A stretch of 64,000 bases of DNA from Patescibacteria group bacterium (GTDB lineage: Bacteria > Patescibacteriota > Patescibacteriia > UBA9570): the NCBI GenBank assembly GCA_041665365.1, contig JBAYIY010000002.1, positions 2,178 to 66,177 of the forward strand, read 5' to 3'. Position 1 is the stretch's first letter. Each line of letters opens with the position of its first letter. The notes beneath the pieces were generated by a model. The model was given only the letters and a program-made list of their open reading frames with translations. It did not search any database and was not told the DNA's origin. The position numbers and the translations under genes were made by a program. Positions 16,936 to 26,618 of this stretch are shown in pieces.

Positions 16936-18211
16936 ACTGCCGCACTAATACATCACTGGCGATGCTCTCATCTTCCAAACAGGCTCGTACAACTTTTTCT
17001 AACCGCGCCACCTGTGAACCTTTGACTAAAATAATATCATCTGGTTGTAATAAGGCCGCTACATTACCTGCCGCGGCTTGCGCACTAGCATAATGGTGAA
17101 TCATGTCCGGATTAAACCCATTGTCAGTCGCGGCTTCCGCTATCCAATCGCCTTCATTGCCAATTGTCACCAGTAAATCTATTTCTAAACCGGCTAAATA
17201 TTTTCCGATGGCCGCATGAGATCGTTTGGCACTATTACCTAATTCAGCCATCACTCCTAAAACAGCAATTCTGCGCCCCGGTGTTTTTAACTCATGTAAA
17301 ATGCGTAGTGCTTCTCGCGCCGCCGCCGGTGAAGAATTATAAGTATCATCTAAAATAACACTGTGTTGCTTACCGGGTAATAATCTTAAGCGTCCATTCG
17401 GGCCATGATAATGTTGCAAAGCTGATACTATATCAACCAAATTAATTCCTAATTGCAATCCACAGGCAATGGCAAATAAGGCACTATACACCGTTGGTTT
17501 ACCAACCGCTCCGGGAATAAAAACCGGTACAGTACTACCTATATATTTTACTTTGAATCTAGTTCCGGCTACCTTTGGATCATAAGCTAACTTCATTGGA
17601 TCTTTACTGTAATCTATTTCAACAGCTGCAACATCAGCCGGTTGAGTAGCTGAAATCGTTATAGTTTTAGCTGACAATGAGGCTTGCGCTGCACTAATGA
17701 ACTCATCATCCAAATTCACAATAGCAATATCTGACTTGGTTAAATGCCTCAACATCACTAGTTTCTCAGCGGCTAACGCCTTAACATCAGAGAAAGCTTG
17801 CAGATGAGCCGGAGTATCACTGATCGCCGTAACAATACCAATCTGCGCTGGTGCGATTTGTGTCAGATATTTAATATCACCCGGTTTATCAGCACCCATT
17901 TCTATTATTAGTACGCGCGGATATGGTAACGGCAACAACCCATAACCAATGGCTTTAATACACACCCAAAGCCAGCGTAATGGATTTCGTCCACCACTAG
18001 TGGCACCAATAATAGTTAAAGGCACACCAATCTCATTGTTGTAATTTTCCACTGTGGCACGAACTGAATATTTTTTCTTCAAAACAGCCAAAATGGCTTC
18101 TTTGGTAGAAGTTTTTCCCACACTTCCAGTCACGGCTATAATTATGGGGTGTTGTTTCCATAAAATCAGCTTGGCTAAGTGCTTAAGGAGTGAAAATAAT
18201 ATTGGGTGCAT
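16913..18211 (-). CDS. murF: Mur ligase; its dcw-cluster position and C-terminus point to UDP-MurNAc-pentapeptide synthetase MurF
   Basis: IIAVTGSVGKTSTKEAI P-loop; C-terminal ...DIILVKGSQVARLEKVV; lies downstream of ftsI. Confidence 0.6.
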   Translation of the reverse strand: MHPILFSLLKHLAKLILWKQHPIIIAVTGSVGKTSTKEAILAVLKKKYSVRATVENYNNEIGVPLTIIGATSGGRNPLRWLWVCIKAIGYGLLPLPYPRVLIIEMGADKPGDIKYLTQIAPAQIGIVTAISDTPAHLQAFSDVKALAAEKLVMLRHLTKSDIAIVNLDDEFISAAQASLSAKTITISATQPADVAAVEIDYSKDPMKLAYDPKVAGTRFKVKYIGSTVPVFIPGAVGKPTVYSALFAIACGLQLGINLVDIVSALQHYHGPNGRLRLLPGKQHSVILDDTYNSSPAAAREALRILHELKTPGRRIAVLGVMAELGNSAKRSHAAIGKYLAGLEIDLLVTIGNEGDWIAEAATDNGFNPDMIHHYASAQAAAGNVAALLQPDDIILVKGSQVARLEKVVRACLEDESIASDVLVRQYGKWAKL

Positions 18212-18212
18212 A

Positions 18213-19958
18213 TTAATTTCGATCAGGTGGTATTTGCATATAATTTAACACATCTTTGGCAATTTCTCCCCACACCGGTACAACTGACCCTTCGGCATAT
18301 TGGCTCTTTGGTTCATTCATTTCTATCAACATCACAAATTGTGGATCAGACATTGGTCCAAATCCGATCATAGTATCGTTGTGCTTATATGTACTATAAA
18401 CACCGTTGCTGACGATTAAGGCCGTACCGGTTTTGCCTGCTAAATAATAGCCTGGCACAGCGGCTGGCTTAGCTGTGCCACTATCAATTACACTAACCAA
18501 CATGGCGGTTAAAGTTCTGGCCGCATCAGCACTGATAACTTGTCTTACTTCAGTTGGAGTAGTTGGTATTTCCGCTCCACTAGCTAGAATCCGATTCTCC
18601 ACGATATATGGTTTCATCAACATACCATGATTAGCGACCGCACCGTAGCCAGCTACTAACTGCAATGGCGTCACCATAATACCATGGCCAAACGAACCGG
18701 TATAAGCGTAGACATCTTTCAAGGTTTCTAGAGACGAAATATCTCCACTCCGTTCATTCGCTAAAGTAATACCAGTTTTATCCCCAAACCCAAAGGCTTT
18801 AACATAATCATTTAAAGCCGCATTGCCAATTTGTTGAGTCACAAAAATCGTTCCAAGATTATATGATTTTTCTAACACGGCCGTCATGGTTTGCACGCCA
18901 TGGGCGGCACCATCTGAATTTTTAATGGGCATCCCGGCCACTTTTACTTCGCTGGTATCATTATAGGTGGTAGTCGGTGTCACCTTACCGGTATCTAACC
19001 CCGCCGCCATGGTGAAGGTTTTAAAGGCTGAACCCGGTTCATATTCATCGCTGATAGCGGCATTAGAAAATACATCAACCGATTCAACTTCATTATAATT
19101 ATTTGGATCATACGTTGGGTAATTACACATAGCAATAATTGCTCCAGTACTGGGCTGCATAATAATCAATGTTCCCTTTTTTGCCTCTAAACGTTCAACG
19201 GCTTTGCCTAATTTATCACAGGCACTATATTGAATGTTTTTATCAATCGTTAAAACAATATCATCACCATCAACTGCCCGCTGAATTAAATTATTACCAA
19301 TCGTTAAAAATCTACCCAAAGCATCTTTTTCGCCAGACACATAACCGGCCTGACCAGCCAATTCTTTATTAAAGTAACCCTCTAAGCCATATTGACCAAC
19401 CCGATCAACATCGGAATAACCAAAGTAACCAGTGACATGCGCCAGCGCTGGACCTTCTGAATAATAGCGCCACTGCTCTTCCCGAAAAGTAATACCCGGT
19501 AAATTTTTTTCTTTAATGGCGGTCATCACTTCTTCAGGGACGCGTCGTTTTAAGATTTCATCAGGATCATTCGGTTTGGTTAATTTGGCTTCGATGTCGG
19601 CTTTATCAATTGATAACAATGGCGATAAGTCAGCGGCCGTGACTGCAGCATCTGTGACGTGAATTGGTTCGGCATGTACTTCATATAATACTTTATTGGT
19701 GGCAATTGGGACGTTGCCAGTTTGACTATAGCGATCATGCACTAAAATACTGCCTCGTTCGGGAAATAGTTCTTCAAATAACTCATGATTATCCACCGCT
19801 AAGGCTTCATAGTAACCATGTTGCACTACTTGCACGATAAATAACCGTAAAGCAATCACGCCACCTAACATAACAAAAACCAAGCGCAGATAATCGAGCC
19901 GGTCATACCGACTGCCGCGCGGATGTTTATTGTGAGAAGGCGACCGCTGACGTATCAT
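18213..19958 (-). CDS. ftsI: Penicillin-binding protein transpeptidase (FtsI/PBP2 class)
   Basis: SxxK (GSAFK), SxN (KSYN) and KTG (AGKTGTA) motifs; N-terminal TM; dcw context. Confidence 0.85.
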   Translation of the reverse strand: MIRQRSPSHNKHPRGSRYDRLDYLRLVFVMLGGVIALRLFIVQVVQHGYYEALAVDNHELFEELFPERGSILVHDRYSQTGNVPIATNKVLYEVHAEPIHVTDAAVTAADLSPLLSIDKADIEAKLTKPNDPDEILKRRVPEEVMTAIKEKNLPGITFREEQWRYYSEGPALAHVTGYFGYSDVDRVGQYGLEGYFNKELAGQAGYVSGEKDALGRFLTIGNNLIQRAVDGDDIVLTIDKNIQYSACDKLGKAVERLEAKKGTLIIMQPSTGAIIAMCNYPTYDPNNYNEVESVDVFSNAAISDEYEPGSAFKTFTMAAGLDTGKVTPTTTYNDTSEVKVAGMPIKNSDGAAHGVQTMTAVLEKSYNLGTIFVTQQIGNAALNDYVKAFGFGDKTGITLANERSGDISSLETLKDVYAYTGSFGHGIMVTPLQLVAGYGAVANHGMLMKPYIVENRILASGAEIPTTPTEVRQVISADAARTLTAMLVSVIDSGTAKPAAVPGYYLAGKTGTALIVSNGVYSTYKHNDTMIGFGPMSDPQFVMLIEMNEPKSQYAEGSVVPVWGEIAKDVLNYMQIPPDRN

Positions 19959-20280
19959 CCAAATAATGCACTGAACCAGCTGCCACTAGATGGTACCGTT
20001 CACTCATATCGCTCACATGAGGCAAAGCTAACACTTCAGAAATTTCTAATTCCATCTTTTGATTATTGGCTTTGGTTTGATTAATATCATGATTCAACGC
20101 GGACACAGTAAAAGATTCAGCCGCCGTAGAATTAACAATCACTAAATAAGCCGCTCCACCAATTAAGAGTAAACCAATCATAATAAGATTAATGACAATT
20201 GTGTTTTGCCACAACGGTAAAGCCACCACCTGTTTTTGTTGGCTCAATTTACTGTTAGTGAGGCGAGTTATTTTTGTCAT
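19927..20280 (-). CDS. FtsL-like cell-division membrane protein
   Basis: Small bitopic protein between rsmH and ftsI. Confidence 0.5.
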   Translation of the reverse strand: MTKITRLTNSKLSQQKQVVALPLWQNTIVINLIMIGLLLIGGAAYLVIVNSTAAESFTVSALNHDINQTKANNQKMELEISEVLALPHVSDMSERYHLVAAGSVHYLDDTSAVAFSQ

Positions 20281-20286
20281 AGCATT

Positions 20287-21282
20287 TTATATTTTTTGGA
20301 TAACCCGTAATTTAGCGCTACGGGAACGTGGATTGGTTCTAATTTCTGTATCACTGGGCACCAGTGGATGTTTGGTTAAGAGCGTAGCTACCGGCTGTGG
20401 GTGACAGGTGCATACTGGGAGCTCGGGTGGACACACACATTTGGTACTACTCCAATTAATAAATTGCTGTTTTACTATCCTGTCTTCTAGTGAATGGAAG
20501 GTTATGACGGCCATCCTTCCACCAGGAGACAAGACAGTAAACGCGGCAGTTAACATACTTTGCAATGTCTCTAACTCATCATTCACGGCAATGCGACAGG
20601 CTTGCCATATTTTTGCCAGGAGATCACTCGACTGGCTATGAAAAGCCTGCTGCACACATGCCAACACGTCAGCGACGGTAATGATCGGGCGATCCAGACG
20701 CCTGGAAATAATCGTCCGAACCAGCCGGTGTGGGTTTGATAACTCACCATAGCGCCGAAACATCTGGACGAGCATCGCAGACGTATCAGTATTGAGCAGA
20801 TCCGCCGCGGTGGTAGGCAAGGTGGGATCCATCCGTAAATCGAATGGATCAGACAGCGCCCGGAAGGAAAAACCTCGTCCGCGTTGGAACTGATCGGATG
20901 AATAACCAAGATCAAATAACACACCGTTTACCTGACCCGTAATACTCCAAGTAGCACAGGCTGTGGCGATGGTTTTGGCATTGGCCGTAATTGGAATGAA
21001 CTGACTAGAACCAAATTGTTTTCTAAACCGCTCCTGCACCAGGGTAATAGCTGCTGGATCCTGATCGAAGCCATACAACTGACCACTGGGTTGAATTCGT
21101 TCCAGCAGTGCAGCCGCGTGACCTCCCCCACCGAGTGTGCCATCAATCATGATGTCACACACCTGTGGGTTCAGGAGCCTGATTACCTCCTCAGCTAGGA
21201 CTGGTATATGTGCGGTAGGCATAACAATTTTTAAGGTTCCACAGCGCCGAGCCAATTTCCACTCGGCAGTGTCGATCCTCAA
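20287..21282 (-). CDS. rsmH: 16S rRNA (cytosine1402-N4)-methyltransferase RsmH/MraW
   Basis: HIPVLAEEVIRLLNP...DGTLGGGGHAAALL...GFDQDPAA; follows mraZ. Confidence 0.85.
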   Translation of the reverse strand: MRIDTAEWKLARRCGTLKIVMPTAHIPVLAEEVIRLLNPQVCDIMIDGTLGGGGHAAALLERIQPSGQLYGFDQDPAAITLVQERFRKQFGSSQFIPITANAKTIATACATWSITGQVNGVLFDLGYSSDQFQRGRGFSFRALSDPFDLRMDPTLPTTAADLLNTDTSAMLVQMFRRYGELSNPHRLVRTIISRRLDRPIITVADVLACVQQAFHSQSSDLLAKIWQACRIAVNDELETLQSMLTAAFTVLSPGGRMAVITFHSLEDRIVKQQFINWSSTKCVCPPELPVCTCHPQPVATLLTKHPLVPSDTEIRTNPRSRSAKLRVIQKI

Positions 21283-21710
21283 ACACCTAATTGTGAAAGG
21301 GCCTCCGCAATACTGGTACTTTCCTTTTCAGTTGCGGCTTTATAAGTCTTCCAAGTGGCTTCATCCCACACTTCTAAACGGTTATACAAACCAGCCACCA
21401 CTACAGCTTTATTGATACCGGCATATTGTCGGAGATATTCCGGAACAACCACTCTCCCCTGCTTATCTAAAGAACAATCCATCGCTCCGGCTAACATTAA
21501 ACGAGCAAAGGCACGATTATTAGCTTGGGCTAGTGGCAAAGTCGCTAACTTATCGGCGAGTTTCTTCCATTCATCAGCTGAATAAACGAACAAACAGCGG
21601 TCAATGCCGCGAGTGATGACAGCTCCATGTGCAAAATCTTCCCGAAACTTAACCGGGAGAGCCAAGCGGGCTTTATCATCAATATTGTGTTGGTATTCAC
21701 CGATAAACAT
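21279..21710 (-). CDS. mraZ: Transcriptional regulator MraZ
   Basis: MFIGEYQHNIDDKARLALPVKFRE...; two MraZ half-domains; first gene of the dcw operon. Confidence 0.85.
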   Translation of the reverse strand: MFIGEYQHNIDDKARLALPVKFREDFAHGAVITRGIDRCLFVYSADEWKKLADKLATLPLAQANNRAFARLMLAGAMDCSLDKQGRVVVPEYLRQYAGINKAVVVAGLYNRLEVWDEATWKTYKAATEKESTSIAEALSQLGV

Positions 21711-21743
21711 AGCTTACACTTTGACTTATACACTTAATGGCTT

Positions 21744-21823
21744 AGTTATCCCCAAAGTTATCCCCACTTTCTACCACTTTGTTTAACTTTTTACCATTAT
21801 ATACCACTACGTTTCCAATGTAA
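21744..21823 (-). promoter_or_regulatory. mra promoter (TTACAT-16 nt-TATAAT on the minus strand) with downstream direct repeats GTGGT/GTGGG/TGGGG (MraZ-box-like) in the leader
   Basis: Minus-strand sequence ttacattggaaacgtagtggtaTATAATgg...aaagtggtagaaagtggggataactttggggataact precedes the mraZ ATG. Confidence 0.5.
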
Positions 21824-21854
21824 ACCCTTTTATACCCAAAACACCGCGGGTGAC

Positions 21855-21908
21855 ACGAAACAACGCAGCGGACGAATATTATTCGTCCGCTGCGTTGTTT
21901 CGTGTTTT
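21855..21908. terminator. Perfect 22-bp-stem palindrome hairpin followed by GTTTT, between the histidine-kinase gene and the mra promoter
   Basis: ACGAAACAACGCAGCGGACGAATA|TATTCGTCCGCTGCGTTGTTTCGT. Confidence 0.6.
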
Positions 21909-21926
21909 GTGGGGTGTTGGTTCGGT

Positions 21927-23564
21927 TTACGTAATTGGCAGTTTCACCGTAAATGTCGAACCACGGCCAATGGCTGAGATTAACTCAATGGTGCCGCCGT
22001 GTTTTTCAATAATACTTTTAACAATATAAAGGCCTAACCCGGAACCGGATGGATCTTTAATAACCGCTTCACGCCCGCGGAAAAACTTGGTATATAATTT
22101 ATCCCGGGTGATTTCGGACATCCCAATGCCATGATCAATCACGCGCACCACCACTTCTTCACGTTGTAACTCCATGGTGATCGTTACTACCTGAGTAGCG
22201 GAAGAATATTTTACAGCGTTATCTAATAAATTTTGAAAAGCCATTTTAATCTTTTGCCGATCGAGTTTTAGTAATGGAATAGATGACGGCGGCGTAAACT
22301 CAATCATTACCTGTAAGCGCTCAGCGTGTACCCGCGTGGCTGTCACTATTTCCTGCAACACATCAAGCAACGAAGTATCCACAAATGTTAACGGTAAACG
22401 CCCCCCTTCAATTTCGGACACATCTAATAAATTGTTCACTATCTCAATCACCTCTTCATTACGTTGATACCCTTTCGCAATTAGATCCTGTTGTTTATCG
22501 GTCATGGGCCCGCCATCACCATCTAATAATAGTTTAAATAACCATTTCAAAGTTGATAACGGCGTGCGCAACTGATGAGCCGCCACTGAAATAAAATCTG
22601 ACTTCATTTGATCCAGATCTTTCTCCTTGGTGATATTACGCAAAATTACCAAGGCGCCAATATTACTCCCATCAGAATCTGACACTTGCAAAGCTGTGGC
22701 TTGCACAATGACATGTTCATCCCCTTCTTGAATAATCATCTCCGTACTTTCATACACCGAGCCTTTGGTGGCACCCCGAATAAATTTTACTAAATCATGC
22801 AACGCTGGTGGAAATTGATTAGGTAAAAATATTTTGTTGACGTATTGATTGGTGTGGATATGTAACAAACGTTGCGCATATGGATTCATTAACACTACGC
22901 GACCACGATAATCTAATAAAATTACGCCATCAACTAAATTGTTGACAATCGACACCACTTTATCGCGTTCTGATTCAATGGCCGCCTCACGTTGTTTGAT
23001 TAAATTGTTAATAAAAGCTGAAAAAAATGAAATACAAATTAAAGTAAATACCACGGTTGAACCATTATTTACCGTCGCAGTGATATTTCCAAAAAAACCC
23101 GGATCATAATTATACGGTGTCAGGTGTGGCAAAACGGTACTATGTTCCAAGATTAACAGGCCGATATAGAGAAACACTGTAAACAACATTAAGCCGATAA
23201 TTTGTATTTCATTAAATAATATTATGGCCATAAATAATGTCACAAAATAAAACAAGAAGGTGTAACTCTCTATACCCCCTGTCATGTACAGCACAATCGT
23301 ATAGAGAATTTGATCGAGCATAATTTGCGTAATACAAACAATCTGTAAACCACGATTTGTAATTTGCTTTAAGGGTCGACGTAAATAGAAATAAAAAATC
23401 GCATTGTAACTATAACTCACAAGCAACAGAACAAATATGATTGGATTAAAATGTACCACGCCGGCAATTTGCTGAATTAAGCCCAAAATGGCAAACAAAG
23501 CGTGCAGTACCCACCGGCTGGCAATAATATAATGCAACAATTTAACGCGTCGCTCTTTATTCAT
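21927..23564 (-). CDS. Sensor histidine kinase (multi-TM N-terminus, PAS-like region, HisKA, HATPase_c)
   Basis: FISVAAHQLRTPL H-box; VIDHGIGM...GSGLGLYIVKSIIEKHGG. Confidence 0.85.
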   Translation of the reverse strand: MNKERRVKLLHYIIASRWVLHALFAILGLIQQIAGVVHFNPIIFVLLLVSYSYNAIFYFYLRRPLKQITNRGLQIVCITQIMLDQILYTIVLYMTGGIESYTFLFYFVTLFMAIILFNEIQIIGLMLFTVFLYIGLLILEHSTVLPHLTPYNYDPGFFGNITATVNNGSTVVFTLICISFFSAFINNLIKQREAAIESERDKVVSIVNNLVDGVILLDYRGRVVLMNPYAQRLLHIHTNQYVNKIFLPNQFPPALHDLVKFIRGATKGSVYESTEMIIQEGDEHVIVQATALQVSDSDGSNIGALVILRNITKEKDLDQMKSDFISVAAHQLRTPLSTLKWLFKLLLDGDGGPMTDKQQDLIAKGYQRNEEVIEIVNNLLDVSEIEGGRLPLTFVDTSLLDVLQEIVTATRVHAERLQVMIEFTPPSSIPLLKLDRQKIKMAFQNLLDNAVKYSSATQVVTITMELQREEVVVRVIDHGIGMSEITRDKLYTKFFRGREAVIKDPSGSGLGLYIVKSIIEKHGGTIELISAIGRGSTFTVKLPIT

Positions 23565-23896
23565 AAAGCGGGTTGACTGTAAGTTGGTTGAAGTTGTTTG
23601 ACTGGTGTTTGGCCATCAAATAATTGCAAATTCTTACTATAAGCTAACGCATTGAAAATGGTGGCTAATACTCTAATTAAAGTAAAAGATTGAGCCTGAT
23701 TTACTAGCACTAAAGCCTCAATTGGGTCTGCCCCGAGAAATTGACTGATCTCAGCTAATAAATGATCGGCTTTGGATTGTTCTAAAACTTTTTGTCGGAT
23801 AAGTTTATCAGCCTGACGATAAGTTAGGATAACATGATTGAGTTGTGATGGATCACATTCTAAAATATACATATTATAAATTAGGTGACCACCCAC
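23561..23896 (-). CDS. Hypothetical protein, coupled to the kinase by an ATGA overlap
   Basis: 111-aa ORF; 4-nt overlap with the downstream kinase gene. Confidence 0.4.
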   Translation of the reverse strand: MGGHLIYNMYILECDPSQLNHVILTYRQADKLIRQKVLEQSKADHLLAEISQFLGADPIEALVLVNQAQSFTLIRVLATIFNALAYSKNLQLFDGQTPVKQLQPTYSQPAL

Positions 23897-24584
23897 CGGC
23901 TATTTCTAGATTAGCACCGGACACATATTTTGCCTCAGGTGAAATTAACCAACGCACAGCAGTTGTAATGTCCTCAAACTTGGCTGGATGTTGCATTGGT
24001 AAGGCTTGCGTTACCAAACTGTTTTCCACGATACCCGGAGACATACAATTCACTGTAATATTTTCATGAGCTAATAACGACGCGTATGATTTGGTTAAAG
24101 TAATCACACCGGCTTTGGCAATGTAATACGGCACGGTATATTTTCGCGCTAAGGTTTGTTCAGCGGTGACACAACCAAAATTAATAATCCTTCCTCCCCC
24201 ACTGGTGCGCAATAATGGTATGGCGGCTTGCATACACGCCAATGTTGCGCGCACATTACTCGAAATAACGTCATCAAATTCTTCCAGTGTTACCTGACTA
24301 ATGGGATGATATACCCCAAAAGAACCAATTGTGTTGATTAGAACATCTAAACGCCCATAGGTGTGGTGAATCGCCTGAAATAATCTGGTCACTTCATCAT
24401 TATGGCGCAAATCGGCTTGCATCATCCGTGAGGCTGGAGCATGAATTTGAACCTGATGTAACACTTGTTTGGCGGCTTCGGCACTATGCCTATAATGCAC
24501 CACAACAGTAGCCCCTTGCGCCGCGAGATCTAAAGCGATAGCTCGACCAATTCCCTTGGCCGCACCGGTAACAACTGCAATCAT
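23874..24584 (-). CDS. Short-chain dehydrogenase/reductase (SDR) family oxidoreductase
   Basis: VVTGAAKGIGRAIALDLAAQGATVVV Rossmann motif; YxxxK region present. Confidence 0.8.
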   Translation of the reverse strand: MIAVVTGAAKGIGRAIALDLAAQGATVVVHYRHSAEAAKQVLHQVQIHAPASRMMQADLRHNDEVTRLFQAIHHTYGRLDVLINTIGSFGVYHPISQVTLEEFDDVISSNVRATLACMQAAIPLLRTSGGGRIINFGCVTAEQTLARKYTVPYYIAKAGVITLTKSYASLLAHENITVNCMSPGIVENSLVTQALPMQHPAKFEDITTAVRWLISPEAKYVSGANLEIAGGWSPNL

Positions 24585-24621
24585 AATGACGATACTGTAT
24601 CATATATGATAGACTTTCACC

Positions 24622-25488
24622 ATGTTAACCATCATGCTACCAATCGCCGGATTAATCTTACTTGGCTACATTTTAGGTCGTTTTAAACTCATCTCACCAA
24701 CGTGGATTGGAGTGTTTAATAATTATGGTTATTACATTGGTTTGCCAGCTTTAGTATTTAATAGTTTGGCCTTTGCCACTATTCAATGGCAACAATATAG
24801 CTTAATTTTTTTGATTCAAATTATTTTAGGGGCGGCCTTAATGTTGTTGGCACATTTTATTGGAGGCAAACAGCGCAACACTTATAGTATTGGCATTTAC
24901 TTTTCCAATGCCGGCTATGTTGGTATACCCATACTGCAAATGGCGCTGGGCACTTCGGCCGCGGCTGAAGGCACGGTGATTGTGGCTGCTATGGTTGTTA
25001 TGACTTCAACCTTGGGTTTAGGTTTAATGAGCCATGTCAAAATAAAACACTTACTCACAAATCCATTATTATGGCTGACGATTGTCGGTTTTCTGGTGAG
25101 TGCCTGTCAGTTTGTATTACCAGACGCCATAATTAAACTTAGTGGCATGGTTGCCGCCACCGCCTCCCCAATTGCCATGTTAGCCCTGGGTGCTTTTATG
25201 GCTTATAACCATCCAAAAAAATCAACTTTAAAAATAGCGGCTCGTTTAACTTTTGCTAAAATGATTATTGTACCGTTAGTTGTTGGTATAATCATTTGGC
25301 TACTACCAAATAGCCAATGGTTAAACACTACCTTTATTCAAGTGTGTATGCCAGTAGCCGTTACCGCGTTTGCGTTTGCTGAAATCTATCCAATTGATAA
25401 ATCGACTATTTCTAATGCGATTGTATTGAGTACACTCACTAGCCTTGTGACGATCCCGTTGGCGTTGTGGTTGCTCCCGATGTTGTAG
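24622..25488 (+). CDS. AEC (auxin efflux carrier) family membrane transporter
   Basis: About 10-TM protein with typical AEC N- and C-terminal repeat architecture. Confidence 0.6.
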   Translation: MLTIMLPIAGLILLGYILGRFKLISPTWIGVFNNYGYYIGLPALVFNSLAFATIQWQQYSLIFLIQIILGAALMLLAHFIGGKQRNTYSIGIYFSNAGYVGIPILQMALGTSAAAEGTVIVAAMVVMTSTLGLGLMSHVKIKHLLTNPLLWLTIVGFLVSACQFVLPDAIIKLSGMVAATASPIAMLALGAFMAYNHPKKSTLKIAARLTFAKMIIVPLVVGIIIWLLPNSQWLNTTFIQVCMPVAVTAFAFAEIYPIDKSTISNAIVLSTLTSLVTIPLALWLLPML

Positions 25489-26563
25489 CGCGTTTCTTTC
25501 CAAACATTCTGGCTACTAAAACAATAACTACAACTAATACAACTACGGCAATTAAGGCGATCCAAATGTTTTTTATCAGTAAAACAACCCCCCATAGCAC
25601 AACCCACATCACAGCACCGAACAATCCTGCCACAAAACCGATTATCGCATCAAAACCACGATCAATACGTCCACCAATGAATGGGATAAATCGGAAAACA
25701 TTGGTTAAAGCCGTTAACGGACTAACGATCATCGACATACCAACCACCATTAAGATAAATGACAAAATACGTAAGCCCCATTTTGTACTAGTATCTTGAG
25801 ATTTTATTTCCGATAAAGTACCGGCATAATCAACATTCGAGATAACATAAGGCTTATTATCCGCCGCTGTAGAAATTTTGCCATTAGCTGAGGTACCGGC
25901 CACCAATTTTACATTACTGGCCTCATAATATTTATAGATATTACGTTGATCCCCAATCGCCGGAGTGGCATTGGTGGTAGTGGTATAATCCTGTGTCCCA
26001 ATAAAATTTACATCAGATGATGGTTGGATACTATAAGATCCAACCGTGAATGGTTGATAAGCGGTCTTGGTATCGATTGTATTCCAATCAGTGCGCTCAA
26101 TTTGGTAACACGACTGACAATTTTTACCATCAGAATCACACTCATCCGGTAAATTCTGAATCACTCGCTCATTACTGCTTAAACTACCACATTTTCGCTC
26201 CTGTTTACTATCGAAGCGTTGGGTTTGCGTATTTAAATAAATACAATCAGTGGCGGCAGTGGTGTTTGGACAAGTTAAACCGTCCGTCACAGTAGCCGTA
26301 CCAGAAACGGCGACATAACCAGGTTGGACATCATTAGATTGCACCTGCGCGGCGGTGGCAAAATCCTGCGCTTTGTGTTGTGACTCGGCGTACCACAAGG
26401 CCAATGGTGAACCAATTAAAACAAAACCAATCCCCAATAAGGCGGCAATAAAACTGCCTACAATGCCACCAGATTTTCGCACCGTGTATGGGCGACGACC
26501 CATGTTGCCGGCCACGTTTCCAGCCATGTTACCTAAGTTTAGATTATTGAGATTTAATGCCAT
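25439..26563 (-). CDS. Membrane protein with a Cys-rich extracytoplasmic domain between TM segments; hypothetical
   Basis: N-terminal TM, a domain of about 200 aa with 9 Cys, then C-terminal multi-TM. Confidence 0.45.
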   Translation of the reverse strand: MALNLNNLNLGNMAGNVAGNMGRRPYTVRKSGGIVGSFIAALLGIGFVLIGSPLALWYAESQHKAQDFATAAQVQSNDVQPGYVAVSGTATVTDGLTCPNTTAATDCIYLNTQTQRFDSKQERKCGSLSSNERVIQNLPDECDSDGKNCQSCYQIERTDWNTIDTKTAYQPFTVGSYSIQPSSDVNFIGTQDYTTTTNATPAIGDQRNIYKYYEASNVKLVAGTSANGKISTAADNKPYVISNVDYAGTLSEIKSQDTSTKWGLRILSFILMVVGMSMIVSPLTALTNVFRFIPFIGGRIDRGFDAIIGFVAGLFGAVMWVVLWGVVLLIKNIWIALIAVVVLVVVIVLVARMFGKKRATTSGATTTPTGSSQG

Positions 26564-26618
26564 ATGAATTAATTAAGAATTAAGAATTAAGAATTATGGT
26601 TAGGATAACATAATTTAA

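Noticed and set aside
16913-18211. Calling the Mur ligase MurE because it directly follows ftsI
   Set aside because: The C-terminal ...ILVKGSQVARLEKVV motif and the 432-aa length fit MurF better than MurE. MurE may be absent or elsewhere. The call is kept as probable MurF with moderate confidence.
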